Of a DNA stretch of 64,000 nt, positions 35,019 through 46,005 are shown piece by piece. The notes under the pieces are model-generated. The model saw only the letters and a list, made by a program, of their open reading frames with translations. It was not told the DNA's origin and made no database searches. Source of the DNA: Bilabrum cf. latius (taxonomy: Eukaryota); the NCBI GenBank assembly GCA_965178125.1, contig OZ237751.1, positions 434,001 through 498,000 of the forward strand, written 5' to 3'. The position numbers and the translations under genes are program-made. Position 1 is the stretch's first letter. Every line of letters begins with the position of its first letter.

Positions 35019-36613
35019 TCAGTCATCCTCCTCGTCGTCCACAGTGACCCTCACGTGCGCGTACACGATCGGGTGCCTGACGTCATAGTACGCCACCACG
35101 TCAGGCTGAGCCACCCCGCCCTGCTTCTGACCCCCCGTCACCCACATCACTCCGCCGACCTCCGCCGCCGAAAACCGGAACAACGGCTCCGGGATGGGGG
35201 CCCGGTTGACCCACACGAGGCCCCTCGCCAGCGAGACCACCCCGTCCTCTCCCTCTGTCCCTTGCTCCCTGGCATCTTCGATAGAGCCGGGCAAGGGCTC
35301 CAGATCGAGAGACACCACGTCGTGCGTGGGTATCTCGTTCTGGTTGCAGAGCAGCTCCGGTGCATAGCTGCACGGCGCAATCCGACCGGACCACACCTCG
35401 CCCCCTACCACGACCAGCTGGCCCTGCTGCACCCCGATGGCCGCGTCGCCCTTCCCCCTAGGGAGCTCCGGAAGCTTCACCCAGGCATCGTCGCGCACGA
35501 GGTACATCTCCACGGCGGCCTAGAAGGCCCCTTTCTCCGTCCGGTCGTTCCAGCCTCCAACAACAAACACCCGCTCCTCGGAAAAGTCAGGGGCGTTGCC
35601 GGGGTCGTACGCAGCAGTGACGTCACCACGGGGCGTCGGCATGTCCGCGCGAGGCTCCCAGGAAGTTTCCCCGAAGCGGAGAAGCTCCACCCTGGTGCCC
35701 GACGTGGTCATGTCGAAGCCGGGCCCGTACCCCCCCACCACGAGGGCGCCGAGGGAGGTTGCAACCGCTGCTATGTCTCCCCTGGGTCCGAGCGTCATGC
35801 TGGGGCCTTCTGTCCAGCCGCCCGCACCCCCCTCCGCCACGGAGAGCAGCAGGGTGGTTGCAACCGGATCGCTGTCAAAGTCCTCGAACCCGCCCGTAAT
35901 GAGCAAGTTATCGCCAAAGGCGCAGCCCCCGAAGCGGGCACGGCCTACGGGAAGGGTCATGTTCATGTTCCTGGGCTCGTACTCCTCCGTGATGGTGTCA
36001 AACACGTACGTGACGGTTGCGATGACGCCAGCCGCGTTCACGCCGCCTACGACGTAGATCTTCTCCCCCGCGGCGATCGCAACGTGATCGCTAGTGGCTT
36101 GGTTCAAGTGTGGCTTGGGTAGCCACTCCCCGGAACCGGCAAAGAGGGCACCTGCGGTGTCGAGGACACAGACGAGGCGTGACGTGGAGTCGAGCATGGT
36201 GCCGCCTGGGAGGACACGACAAGAGAGCTGCTTGGCACGGCCCGGTAACCTTCAGTTGTTATCAAGATTCTAAGCTCACCTATGAACTCATGGTCATCGA
36301 CAGCATCCGGGGATGAACGAAGCAAAACGTCGCCAATTCGTGCGTTCTCCGACGAATCATCGTCGTCGTTCTCTTCGATCTCTACAACGCCAACAATCGC
36401 GATAATAAGTGCAACCAAAGCAACAAATAGTGCAGTAAATGTGGTCCCGGTCAAACAGCTGTTGCTGCAGCCGCCCTGCTGCCTGCTCGCCTGAACGCTT
36501 TGTTGAGCCTCTACGTCAACAGTGACTGCTGCTGCCGATGCTGCGCTACCCTGCTCGTTTGTGGGTTCATCTAATTGTACGTGCTGACCTGGGACATCCT
36601 ATACTGAGGACAT
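35019..36613 (-). CDS. Kelch-repeat beta-propeller protein with an N-terminal TM anchor (type II), about 488 aa; intron 36152-36279
   Basis: TM TALFVALVALIIAIVGVV. Kelch motifs KIYVVGG, LLITGG, ALVVGG, VFVVGG, LVVVGG and MWVTGG. Donor GTGAG at 36279; acceptor CCGCAG at 36152, with an alternative in-frame CCCAG at 36206. 2 TAGs; ends TGA. Confidence 0.82.
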
Positions 36614-36849
36614 TGTGGTAGGAGTCCAGGAGACAACAATTCTTGCCGCATCTTGCTGCACGTGGCTTGGTGCATTCACTGCAGTGCACCAACGGCGCCG
36701 CGTGCCGTCGTCAGCCTGAGGCGAAATCGGTCGCAACGGCTCCGGCTGGCAGGGACACAAATACTTTCTTTGCTTTCAATACTGACGCACCGCACCGAAA
36801 GGCCGGACCGCGCCAAAAGCATGCCGAGCCCCGACCTGTCGCGGGTGGG

Positions 36850-38544
36850 TCACAATCCGTACGACGAGGGCCCGAGGTCAGTCTCCGCCTGCCACATTAG
36901 CTCCATCTCGCGGCGGGCCCACCCAGGCAACTGCTCGCCCCGATGGCCCCCTCGCGCGCGCCCAGCCCCAGCCTCTCCGGCGCCCGCACCCGCCACCCCT
37001 GAATCGGCCCCATATTCATCTTCCACTTCATCTTCATCGTCACTCGGCACGCTCGCAGCACGAATGAGCGCCACCATCCGGTCGCCCAGGACATCTTCAT
37101 CCTCGCTGCCTGCGCGGTGGGCCGCCCCAGAAGCCCGACTCGCCAGACTGGCTCCACTGGGTCCAGAGGGAGCCATGCCATATCCTAGAAACGGCGCAGG
37201 CTACGGTGCTGGTGCTGGTGCCGGTGCCGGTGCCGGTGCCGGTGCCGGTGCTGCTGCATGCTCATACGCATGCCCCCCAGACGCAGCACCCCTGGCCCCC
37301 GCACCCCACCGCTTGCCAAAGCCTCGCCCACCCGCCATCTGGCACACCACCGCGCGCCCCACCGCAGCTTCCAGGCCCCTGTCTCGCATCGCCGCTCCAC
37401 GCCTCGCGTACTTGGACTGCATGTGCAGCTCAAACTAGTGGTCAAACCGGCGCAGCTGCCTGCTCACTGCACACGCCGCCCTGCGATGGAACGCCAGCAC
37501 GCGTGCCACGGTCCTTGCGGCTGTGAAGGCCAAGCCGACCACCTCCCTTGTTACGGTGGTGACCCCGGCGACCCTGTGGGCATACTACTCATTTCTGAGC
37601 TCCATGAGCATCTTGAACCCATGGTACAGCGTGTTCTGCAGCCCCCGCTGGTGTCTCGCAATCACCTCGGACTTGCTGCGGTCAGCGCGAGCCTCCGCCA
37701 GCACGCGGCTGTCCTTCACCAGCATCTCTGCCATGTCTGGCACGCACCTCTTGAGTACCTTGAGCAGCTGATACGTGTCCTGCTTGTACTCTTCGCGCGG
37801 TATCCCGTCCCTCCCGTGGTCCAGGACTCGGAGCTGGATCGCACGGCCCACTAGGTCGCTGGCCATGGCGCGCACGAGGTGCAGGATGCGGGTCAGGTAG
37901 TCTGACGGAGCCAGCTCCCACGGAAACCACAGCGTGTACGCACCAGCGCCTTCCTCCTCCGTAAAGATCTCGACCGTGGTGTAGTCAGGAGGGGGGGCTG
38001 ACTCGAGTGCCGCCCTGGCCATGGGTCCCAACTGGCCCGGCCTGGCCTCCCTCGCGTCTGCCTCTTCGTCCTCTCGGCTCAGCTTGGGCACGGCCTTGTG
38101 GTCCAACCCAGTGTACGCGCCCTCCTCGTCGTCCTTGAGCCCGTCGATCGCGCGGCGCACCGTGTCGCGCAGCTTGCTCGCGCCCCCCGGCGCAGTACTA
38201 CCTGGGGGCATCCTACGGAGACTGGGATCTGCTGATCTGTCATCATCTGCAGTAGTTATGTATCTGCGAGCTCTGGGATCGCCGCGAAGCTCAGCAATGA
38301 CCTTGTCTTCGGTCACGTACTCGGCCTCAGGATTCGATGTTGTGCGCCGGAGCTTTGCAGCGGCCCGGCTACCAGCATCCCGGGCCGCCACCAAAGCAGC
38401 ACGTGCAGCTCCTTGTTGTCTGGACGGGTCAAATGCCTGCTGCACGCGGCCCGGGGCCGGCTGTGGGGCCTGAGCTGGCCGACCACGTCCCGGCCTGCCA
38501 TCCCTGTCGTGATGATGATGACCGCCTCTTCCGTGGCCTTGCAT
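36850..38544 (-). CDS. Hypothetical protein, about 564 aa
   Basis: ORFs 37585-38544, 37201-37422 and 36850-37176 are one frame joined by 3 TAGs; ends TGA. No domain recognised. Confidence 0.65.
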
Positions 38545-38859
38545 GGTGAATCAATGAGTTTATTTGTAAGTTGTTGGTCAAGTAAGTTTACTCTGCGGCG
38601 ATTGTTTGAGGCAAGTGTGCGGCTACTCCTGGCAAATCAGCAGCTGCGTTCTCGTGCAGGATCGCATGCCTTGAGCGGTGCATTGCGGATCGCTGATGCC
38701 GCCGTGCGATAAGCTTACACTTCAAAGTTTCTTCGTTGCTGTGTTCGTTCTATTCTTTGGATCAATAGTAGTGTCATCCAGAAGTTGGCGCAGGTCGCGA
38801 TCAACCACACCCAACAAAATGCGAAATACGCGGAACGGCTCACCTGTCGTGCTTATCAA

Positions 38860-40596
38860 TCATGTCCACACCCCGACAATCGTTGTATCGAAGGGCCTCC
38901 CGTCTTTCAGCCCCAGGCGGTGCCCAAGCGCATCGAGATCGAACCGAAGCGCGGCCTCGTAGACGCGCATCGACCGGAGCTAGGCAGCACTCAGCCCCGC
39001 AGCGGCAGCCATGGCCTCTTCCTCCGGACCGGCTTGTGCAGCAGCACCGCCGCCACCTTCGCCGCCCTTGCCCTCAGTAGCACCCCTGCCCTCCCCTTGC
39101 CGTGTTCTGGTAGCAATCCCCGCCGCCACCACCCCGGGGGTCCTCGAGGACGACTAGGCGTTCCCAGCCGCCTACCCACGCATGCCTGCACCCCCTGTCC
39201 TCCCGGCAATTCCTCTCACCACCGTCAGTCTACCACCGCCACCCAGCCCCAACTCTAGCCCCTTACCTTTACCCTTACCCTTCCGTGTCCCGCCTGCTCC
39301 GACCTACGTTGCTGCTCCCCTTGCTGTTCCCCTTGCTGCTCCCCTGCCGCCACCACCGCCGAGGGTCGTACTACCAGTGGTGCCGTGGAGCTCCATCATC
39401 GTCAAGGCGTCCTCCGCGCCGTGTCGCACGCATGGACGACTCTTTCTGGTCCCGCCCAGGTCTCCCAGCATCGCCATGGCACCGCTCGCTGCACCGCTGC
39501 CGATCCCTGATGATGCCGGCCTGCTGCTGCTGCTGCTGCTCCCGACCGCCATCCCGCTAAGCGTGGACAGCCGGCTGCTCCTTCTCCCCTGGGCACCCCC
39601 CTCTTGCACTCTCGCTTGCATTCCGACCTGTCCACCGCCCTGTGCCCTCAGCAGAGCCGCCCGAGCAACGCCCTGCTGGGCCAGCAGCCCGGTGGGGCCG
39701 CTGATCGCAGCGCGATGCCTGGCTGCCTACTCTCGAAGCTCGCCTGCTTCCTGCTCAAGCTGTGCCGCCTTGCGCTCCTTCTGCTCCTTTTCTATAGCAG
39801 CAGCCTCCAACTCCTAGGCTGTGGGCTTTTTCCCCTTCTTTTTCCCCTTGCCCTTGCCCTTGCCCTCGTCCGCCTCGGGCTCTTCGGCTGGCCCTCGCAG
39901 GCCGGCCGCCTCCCTCTCTTTGGCGGCTGCTTGCTCTTCCAGCGACTATGCGCGAGACGCTGCCGCGTCCAACTGCTCCTCGACTGCCCGCAGCTTGGCT
40001 GCAGCATCCTAGATGCGCTTTCGATTCGCTTCCAGCGCCGCAGTCATTTTCTCGAGGGCATAGAAGCCGTCCTTTAGGGTGCCAGCAAGCGATGTGCCGT
40101 CGATGGAAGACCTGGGCAGTCGCCACAGTGATCGCAGGGCGGATGACGACTGTTGGGCCATCTGCAGGATTCGCTTCTGGAATGCGATTGGCTTTGCTCT
40201 TGCCAGATCCTTCTGCACCTCGTACTCCCCTACCTATCGCCAGGGCTTTCCCGCCTCCCTCGCGTGATGATCGCTTGCAGGCGGGTTGTAGGGTAGTCTC
40301 TGCTATCGTCTCGTTTCCTCTTCGTGCAGCAGCTTCAGCCAATAGGCGGCTGGCACATCATCGACGGATGCATCAGGATGCGGTAGCCTCTGCACGGCCT
40401 TCCCCGCGCTAGCCTTAGCTGCTCGTGGTGACTAACCCAGTCTAGCAGCTGATGTAACGTCTTGCAGGACTTCAGACGGGATAACTTTGCGACCAGCGCG
40501 GACTACGTCTGGGAACGCGCCGTCGTCCGCAGGCGTCCCGTCTGCGAGTACGAGGTCCTCGACCCGATCCTTCGCAGGTTTCCAAAGTCGTGACAT
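38860..40596 (-). CDS. Hypothetical coiled-coil / G-K-rich protein, about 578 aa
   Basis: The frame is open from ATG 40596 (MSRLWKPAKDRV) to TGA 38860 when its roughly 11 TAGs are read as sense. E/K/A/Q-rich coiled-coil centre. Confidence 0.68.
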
Positions 40597-40805
40597 TTCA
40601 CTTCCGTCAAAGGTGGATTTTGTCCGCAAGAATGCGTGAATGGAACGAAACTGAAAAGTTTCCGTTGCGATCAGTGGCGTGACGAGTGCGGTCACCATGG
40701 TGGTGACGCCAAATCACTGATGGAGTCAGAGAAGAGCTGCAGACTGGATCGAAATGGACCAGCCACCCAAAAATAAAAAAACTCAACGCTCTGCAACCTA
40801 GCACG

Positions 40806-43328
40806 TCACCAACCCCACGCTTGAAGCTGCTGCAGCAGCCACCGCGCGTTCGTGACCCCCCTGTCCCTGGCCTCTACCACGGCGCCCATGAGCATACCCT
40901 GGTCCTCTGTGCTGATGCGGGAGGCGCACCTATTCTGGCCGTCACTGCCCTGCACTATATTGCACAGGGCAGCGCAGGCCTTCCTCGCGCAGCTGCCATG
41001 CTCGGAGTAGAGCAGTCCGGCCAGCCCGTGCACCACTCCCGCCTGATCAAGCAACTCGGTCTTGAACCGACTGGGGCCAGCCGCGATGTTGCATATCGCT
41101 GCAGCGGCCTCCTCCGCCTCCTGTAAATCGGTAGAAAGCAGCAGAGGTGCCAGGGCAGGCACTGCGCCCGCTCCCAAAACCGCCGACCTGTTCCTTTGGT
41201 TGCTTTGCGCGAGCATCGCGAGTGCCCTAGCTGCTTGCTGCCGGTTCGACTCCACTCCGGCTCCCACTTGGAGCAATTCTACAAGAGCGGGCACGCAATC
41301 AGCCGCGACGTAGTCTTCCGCAAGCTTCGAATGGACGCTGGATACAAGCATGCTGATGGCACTCGCGGCAGCCTAGCTCTCGGCTCCGATGGAGCGGAGC
41401 TTGGGGGCGAGGGCACCGGGAGCACCGCACTGTGTTATGTGACTCCTCACTGCGGGCGATGAGTATATGGCGAGCGCTTCTAGTATGCGAAGGGCCCAAA
41501 GCTGCTCGTGACCCGCTCCCTCGCTGGTGAGCCGAAACAGTCCAGACATGGTGCTGATCTGGAACGTGCACCCAGCCAGCGCCCCGCCCATGTTCAGCAG
41601 ATCCAAGCAGCAGACGGCAATGCCGGCCCTGTCAGGCTCAGCAAGCTGGTCGACGATAACTTGAAAGTTTCGCCCGGCGGATTGAAGGCAGTGCAACAGG
41701 CCCGATTTGGCAATCTCTACTGCTCTGTCGATTTCACTTCCATTCGCGCCATCCGCGTCGCTCTTGCCGAATACCTGAGACCGAACGCACCATGCGTACA
41801 TCATCAACGTATCTAAATCGACCCGCTTGATTCCTTTGTGCACCCTGGCCAGCTCGCTTGCAGCAAGCTTTGCCGCTTCTGGCGATCCGAGCAGCTGCTC
41901 CGCTAGCTTAGTCACAGCTGCGGGGCTGAAACCTTCGCCCTTGCCCCCCTTGTGCAGCACTCGCACCGCGTCGCAAACTCGCGTGCGCTCCTTTGGATCG
42001 ATCCGAAGCAGCCCACGGATCAGCTCCCGCAGCCAGTCCGGCCGTGTCACCAGCAGCTCGGCTCCGCTCCACCCCCCGGAATACCCGGCCAGGGCCTCCC
42101 CCAGCCCGCCACTCGTCACCTTCGACTCGTCCGGGAGCTCGCCGGGATACCCCTCCCCAAACGGGTGAGCGCCGCCGGTTGCAACCTCGTGCAGCAGCAC
42201 GCCCAGCGCCCACGAGGCCTGCTTGCCGTGCGGCACCGTGGCGTCTCTGTCACCGGCCACGCCCCTGTTCCACCCGTCCAGCACCTCTGGTGCCAGGTGA
42301 GCTTGATTGCCGCCGATCGCATCTCCGCCTATTTGCAAGAAGGAGAACTTGCACGCGTCCAGCTGAGCCGCCACCCTGTCTTCCGTGTCCCGATCGGGTG
42401 CATCGGAGGTGCCACTGGCTGGCGAGCCACTGGCAGCCTCGGCAGCGGCAGCGGCCGCAGCAGCAGCAATACTGGGTGACCCATCTCCTGCTGCCCCTGT
42501 GGCATCCACTCGCAGGCTGCAACCGAGGTCGATCAGCACTACGCGCCCCACGCCTTCCGGACCCCCCTTCGAGTCCCACATCACGTTGTCCAGCTTCAGG
42601 TCACGGTGCACCACCCCGTGCTGCAGCAAGTGATGCACGCCCTCCGCGATGTCTCTGCTCCAGCAAACTAGGAAGTCATCTTTGATCTGAGCTCCAGTCC
42701 TGGCTTCGAGCTTTTCCAGCTTGTCGCACAGAGGCATTCGGAGCAGTTCGAGCCCGATCACCTGCGCCTTGCGGGGCTGCAGCGGCTGCCGTCCCATTTC
42801 ATCACCGCCTTCGTCGTCGCTGTCCTCTGCTAAGCACACCAGCGATGGCTCTGGCAGTCTTTGTACCATCCAGAGAGGTGGCTTAGCCACACACTCGAAC
42901 ACCAGCCGGATCAAGTTTCGATGCACGGGGATCCTGGTGAGTACGTCAAACTCTTTCTGCGTATCATTTGTTTCTGCCTTCGAAGACGATAACCCGTAGT
43001 TGAAAACCACTTTGACTGCAAGCTTTTCGCGGCGCCGGCTTGCTGCTGGCGCTGCCTCGGCTGCGGCAGGTGCTGCTTCCTCTGGAATCTCCACCTTGAA
43101 CACAGCTCCAAAACCTCCATGGCCGAGAATGACCCTACCAGAAGCCGGCTAGACTAGCTTCTGAAGAAAGGCTGACCCGAATTTTCGTCTCTGGATTCGC
43201 GTACCCGTTCTCGTAATTTTGTGGATATCTGCCATGCAACTGGGTAGTGCTGGGGGAACTTGCTCCCTCAATGCACCTAATGGTGCATCGATGCCTGATT
43301 CATCTGAACCGGCACCACTTGCTGCCAT
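40806..43328 (-). CDS. Ser/Thr protein kinase (PINK1-like motifs) fused to C-terminal armadillo repeats, about 840 aa
   Basis: ILGHGGFGAVFKV (visible only past an upstream TAG), LAVKVVFNY, HRDLKLDNV, LIDLGC, GGNQAHLAPEV. ARM repeats CVPALVELL...AARALAMLA and AVPALAPLL...AAAAICNIA. 2 TAGs; ends TGA. Confidence 0.85.
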
Positions 43329-43639
43329 GCTTCATCAAGTTGTCGTCAAGTTTGCCACTCGTGGCCGGGTTGGTTCCGCGATCCTGATGCACCGCCGCGC
43401 ACACCGCACAGCTTGCATGCAGCAGGAACGCGCGGGGAATGAAAGTTCCCAAAAGTGTGAACTGCTTACTCCCATTCTAGTCCCAACAAGGCGAGCAAGG
43501 CCGAGGCACGCCCACCAATGCCTCAGCCCGCTGACACCGAGGCACTGCTGAGATTGGCTGCTGAGATCGGATACAGACTGAAAAGTGACGATCCAGCATT
43601 TCAAGCACGCAAGCAGACCCTTCTAAAAGGCTCATGCAA

Positions 43640-45865
43640 TCAGGCCAAATCAATTCGGAACGCCGCCGCCCATCCCAGCGCGGCAGACCGCAGGAGCTCA
43701 GCGCGCGTGTCCCCGAGTCGGCCGAGCACCTCACCCCCGCCACTGGCACTGGCACTGGCAGCAGGGGCGGAAACAGCCCCCCCCTTGGAAGCGAGCACCA
43801 TGGCCAAATCGCCCTGGTGCACGTACCCCTGGCTCTCCGCAAGCGACCTGCTCCGATCCGAAGCGAGCGAGAAGTGGTCGTGCCTCTCCACGCTGTAGTA
43901 CTGCGAAAGGGGCACCAGCTGCAAGGGCGACTCGGAGCCGGAATGCTCGCCCTCCCCTCCGTGGGGGTGCGCCACCGTGCCATCTGGCCTCTCGACAGGC
44001 AGGCCCACCTCTCGCGCCACGTCGTCGGCCGATACGCTCAGGGGGTAGGTCCACCCCGAGAGCATGTACCGGGTGTACGACCCATTTCCCGGCGGGGTGT
44101 TCTCGAGGCCGTAGCAGTTGTCGTCGAGGCTTGCAGCACCGTCATCTGCGCGTTTCCCTTCGGTTCTTTGACGGAAGGGTCCCATTGAGTCGCTGCCCCT
44201 GTGCTGGCCCGTCTCCCTGAACCAGAGGTAGACCGGCACAGTGGCCAGCTCTGTCGTCCTTGCCATCAACATGCCTTCCTCCCACTCGTCCTAGTAGCCG
44301 CTGCTGGAGTACACGGAGCAGTCGCGGAGGGCGCACGGGGCCTGGTCCTCCCTCTCCTGCGACCAGTACTGGGTGATAGGCACGGGGACCGCCGGCAGCG
44401 AGTACTGCACTGACAGGCCGGAGGCATCCAGGGTGTGGCTGGCGGGAAGGGGCGCTCCCCCTGAGCCCGCCCCTAGGACAGACACACCCGTGATGTTGCG
44501 GGCGAGCAGCTCCGGCTTCACGAAGGGCAGCAGGATGTTGGAGGCAGAGGCCGCGGGTGCGCCGGCGGCCACCCCATCACTCGTCACACGGCCAGCGTCA
44601 GCGTCCGCGTCGCTACCCGGGTCCGACATGCCCACCACGTACAGCGCGCTTCCGTCGTTCTTGTAGAAGCAGTAGAAATGCCACTGTGACTGGTTGCCGC
44701 CGCTCGCCGTCCACTCGTAAGGATACACGGGCTCTGTGAGCTTGCCGTCCACGATCTCGTTTCCAAAGGTCATCCACGCAGACAGCCCCTGCAGCGTGGC
44801 GACGGCTGCCGGGGCCCACAGTCCGTCGGGACCCGGCCCGATGTTCATGAGAAGATTCCCACCGTGTGACGTGACTGCGAGCAAATCCCACAGGATGAGT
44901 GCAGGGGACTTGTAGGACGCTCGCGGGTTGTAGGCCCACTGCTGCGCAATGGTCATGGGCACTTCAAAGGGCCTGTCGGGGCCCGTGGCGATGGTGCTGG
45001 AGCCGAACACCGAGTGAACCTTCGTTTCCGTGTGGTCCGAAGTTTCGCTGTAGTCCCTGAATGGCCCGTTGCCCCGCACCTGCACCACCACCTCTGGGTT
45101 GGCCTTCCTCATGTCGGGGAGCACTGCTTCCACCCGCGTGTCGTATGAGGGCAGGGTTGAGCCAGAATCGATCCAGAAGTGAGTCGGCTGGTAGTTTTCC
45201 GCGATTTCTCTCAGCTAGCCGTGCAAGTAAGACTGGAACGATTCCCAGGTGCCGGGCTGCTCGTGGGGTAAGTAGCTCGGGCTGCAGCAGCCGCCGAGGG
45301 CGGTGGTCGCGTTCGGATACCAATAGTCGTTGCGGTTCCACAGCGATGGGCAATAGTAGGCCCCGACTCGATGCCCTTTCGCAGAGAAGGCTTCCTTAAC
45401 TTCGGCGAAAAGATCCCGTCCGTATGGAGTGTTCGTAATCTTGTAGGTTGTGAGCTTCGAGTCGAAGTTAGAAAATCCGTCGCAATGCACCACCACCCAC
45501 GTGACGTACCTCATTCCAGCGTTCCACGCAAGTTCGGCCATCGATGCAAGATCTATATTGGACGGGTTGAACGTCTTGGCCAGGGCGGCGTAAGCCTCGC
45601 GATGCGCGGCGAGCTCCTGCTCGTTGGTGATCTTCACCGTTGTTCTGTTCGGACCCTGCACGTCGCACGGAAACGATTTGCACTGAAGGGGAAAGGATAT
45701 CTCGTCTCCCCATTGCGTAACTGGTCCAAAGTGGACGAACAAACCGAAGCGCGCCTCGTGGAACTTCTGAAGGCCCACAGCGTTTGGAATTGTCCAGAGC
45801 GGTGGGGGGCTTGCAGCAGCACAACCAACTATGAAAGTGGCAACTAAAACCCCAATTTGCTACAT
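43640..45865 (-). CDS. Secreted GH29 alpha-L-fucosidase with a C-terminal accessory domain, about 741 aa
   Basis: Signal peptide M*QIGVLVATFIVGCAAA. Motifs ARFGLFVHFGP, AGMRYV...HCDGF, GRDLFAE, YLHG*LREIAENY, FWIDSG (nucleophile Asp) and GGNLLMNIGPGPDG. 3 TAGs; ends TGA. Confidence 0.9.
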
Positions 45866-46005
45866 GCGTAGTGTGTTCATCTGTGCACAGCCGCGATTTT
45901 ATGATGTCGCGCACGCTTGCTGTTGCAGTTGCACCGAAGCTCGTCATGCCTGCCAGTGGGAGCAAGGAATAATTTATATCGTACAGTCAGACTGCAGAAG
46001 GTACC

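Noticed and set aside
29510-43328. A PINK1-Parkin gene cluster
   Set aside because: The RBR proteins lack Parkin's Ubl and RING0 domains, and three unrelated genes lie between them and the kinase. The proximity is probably chance.
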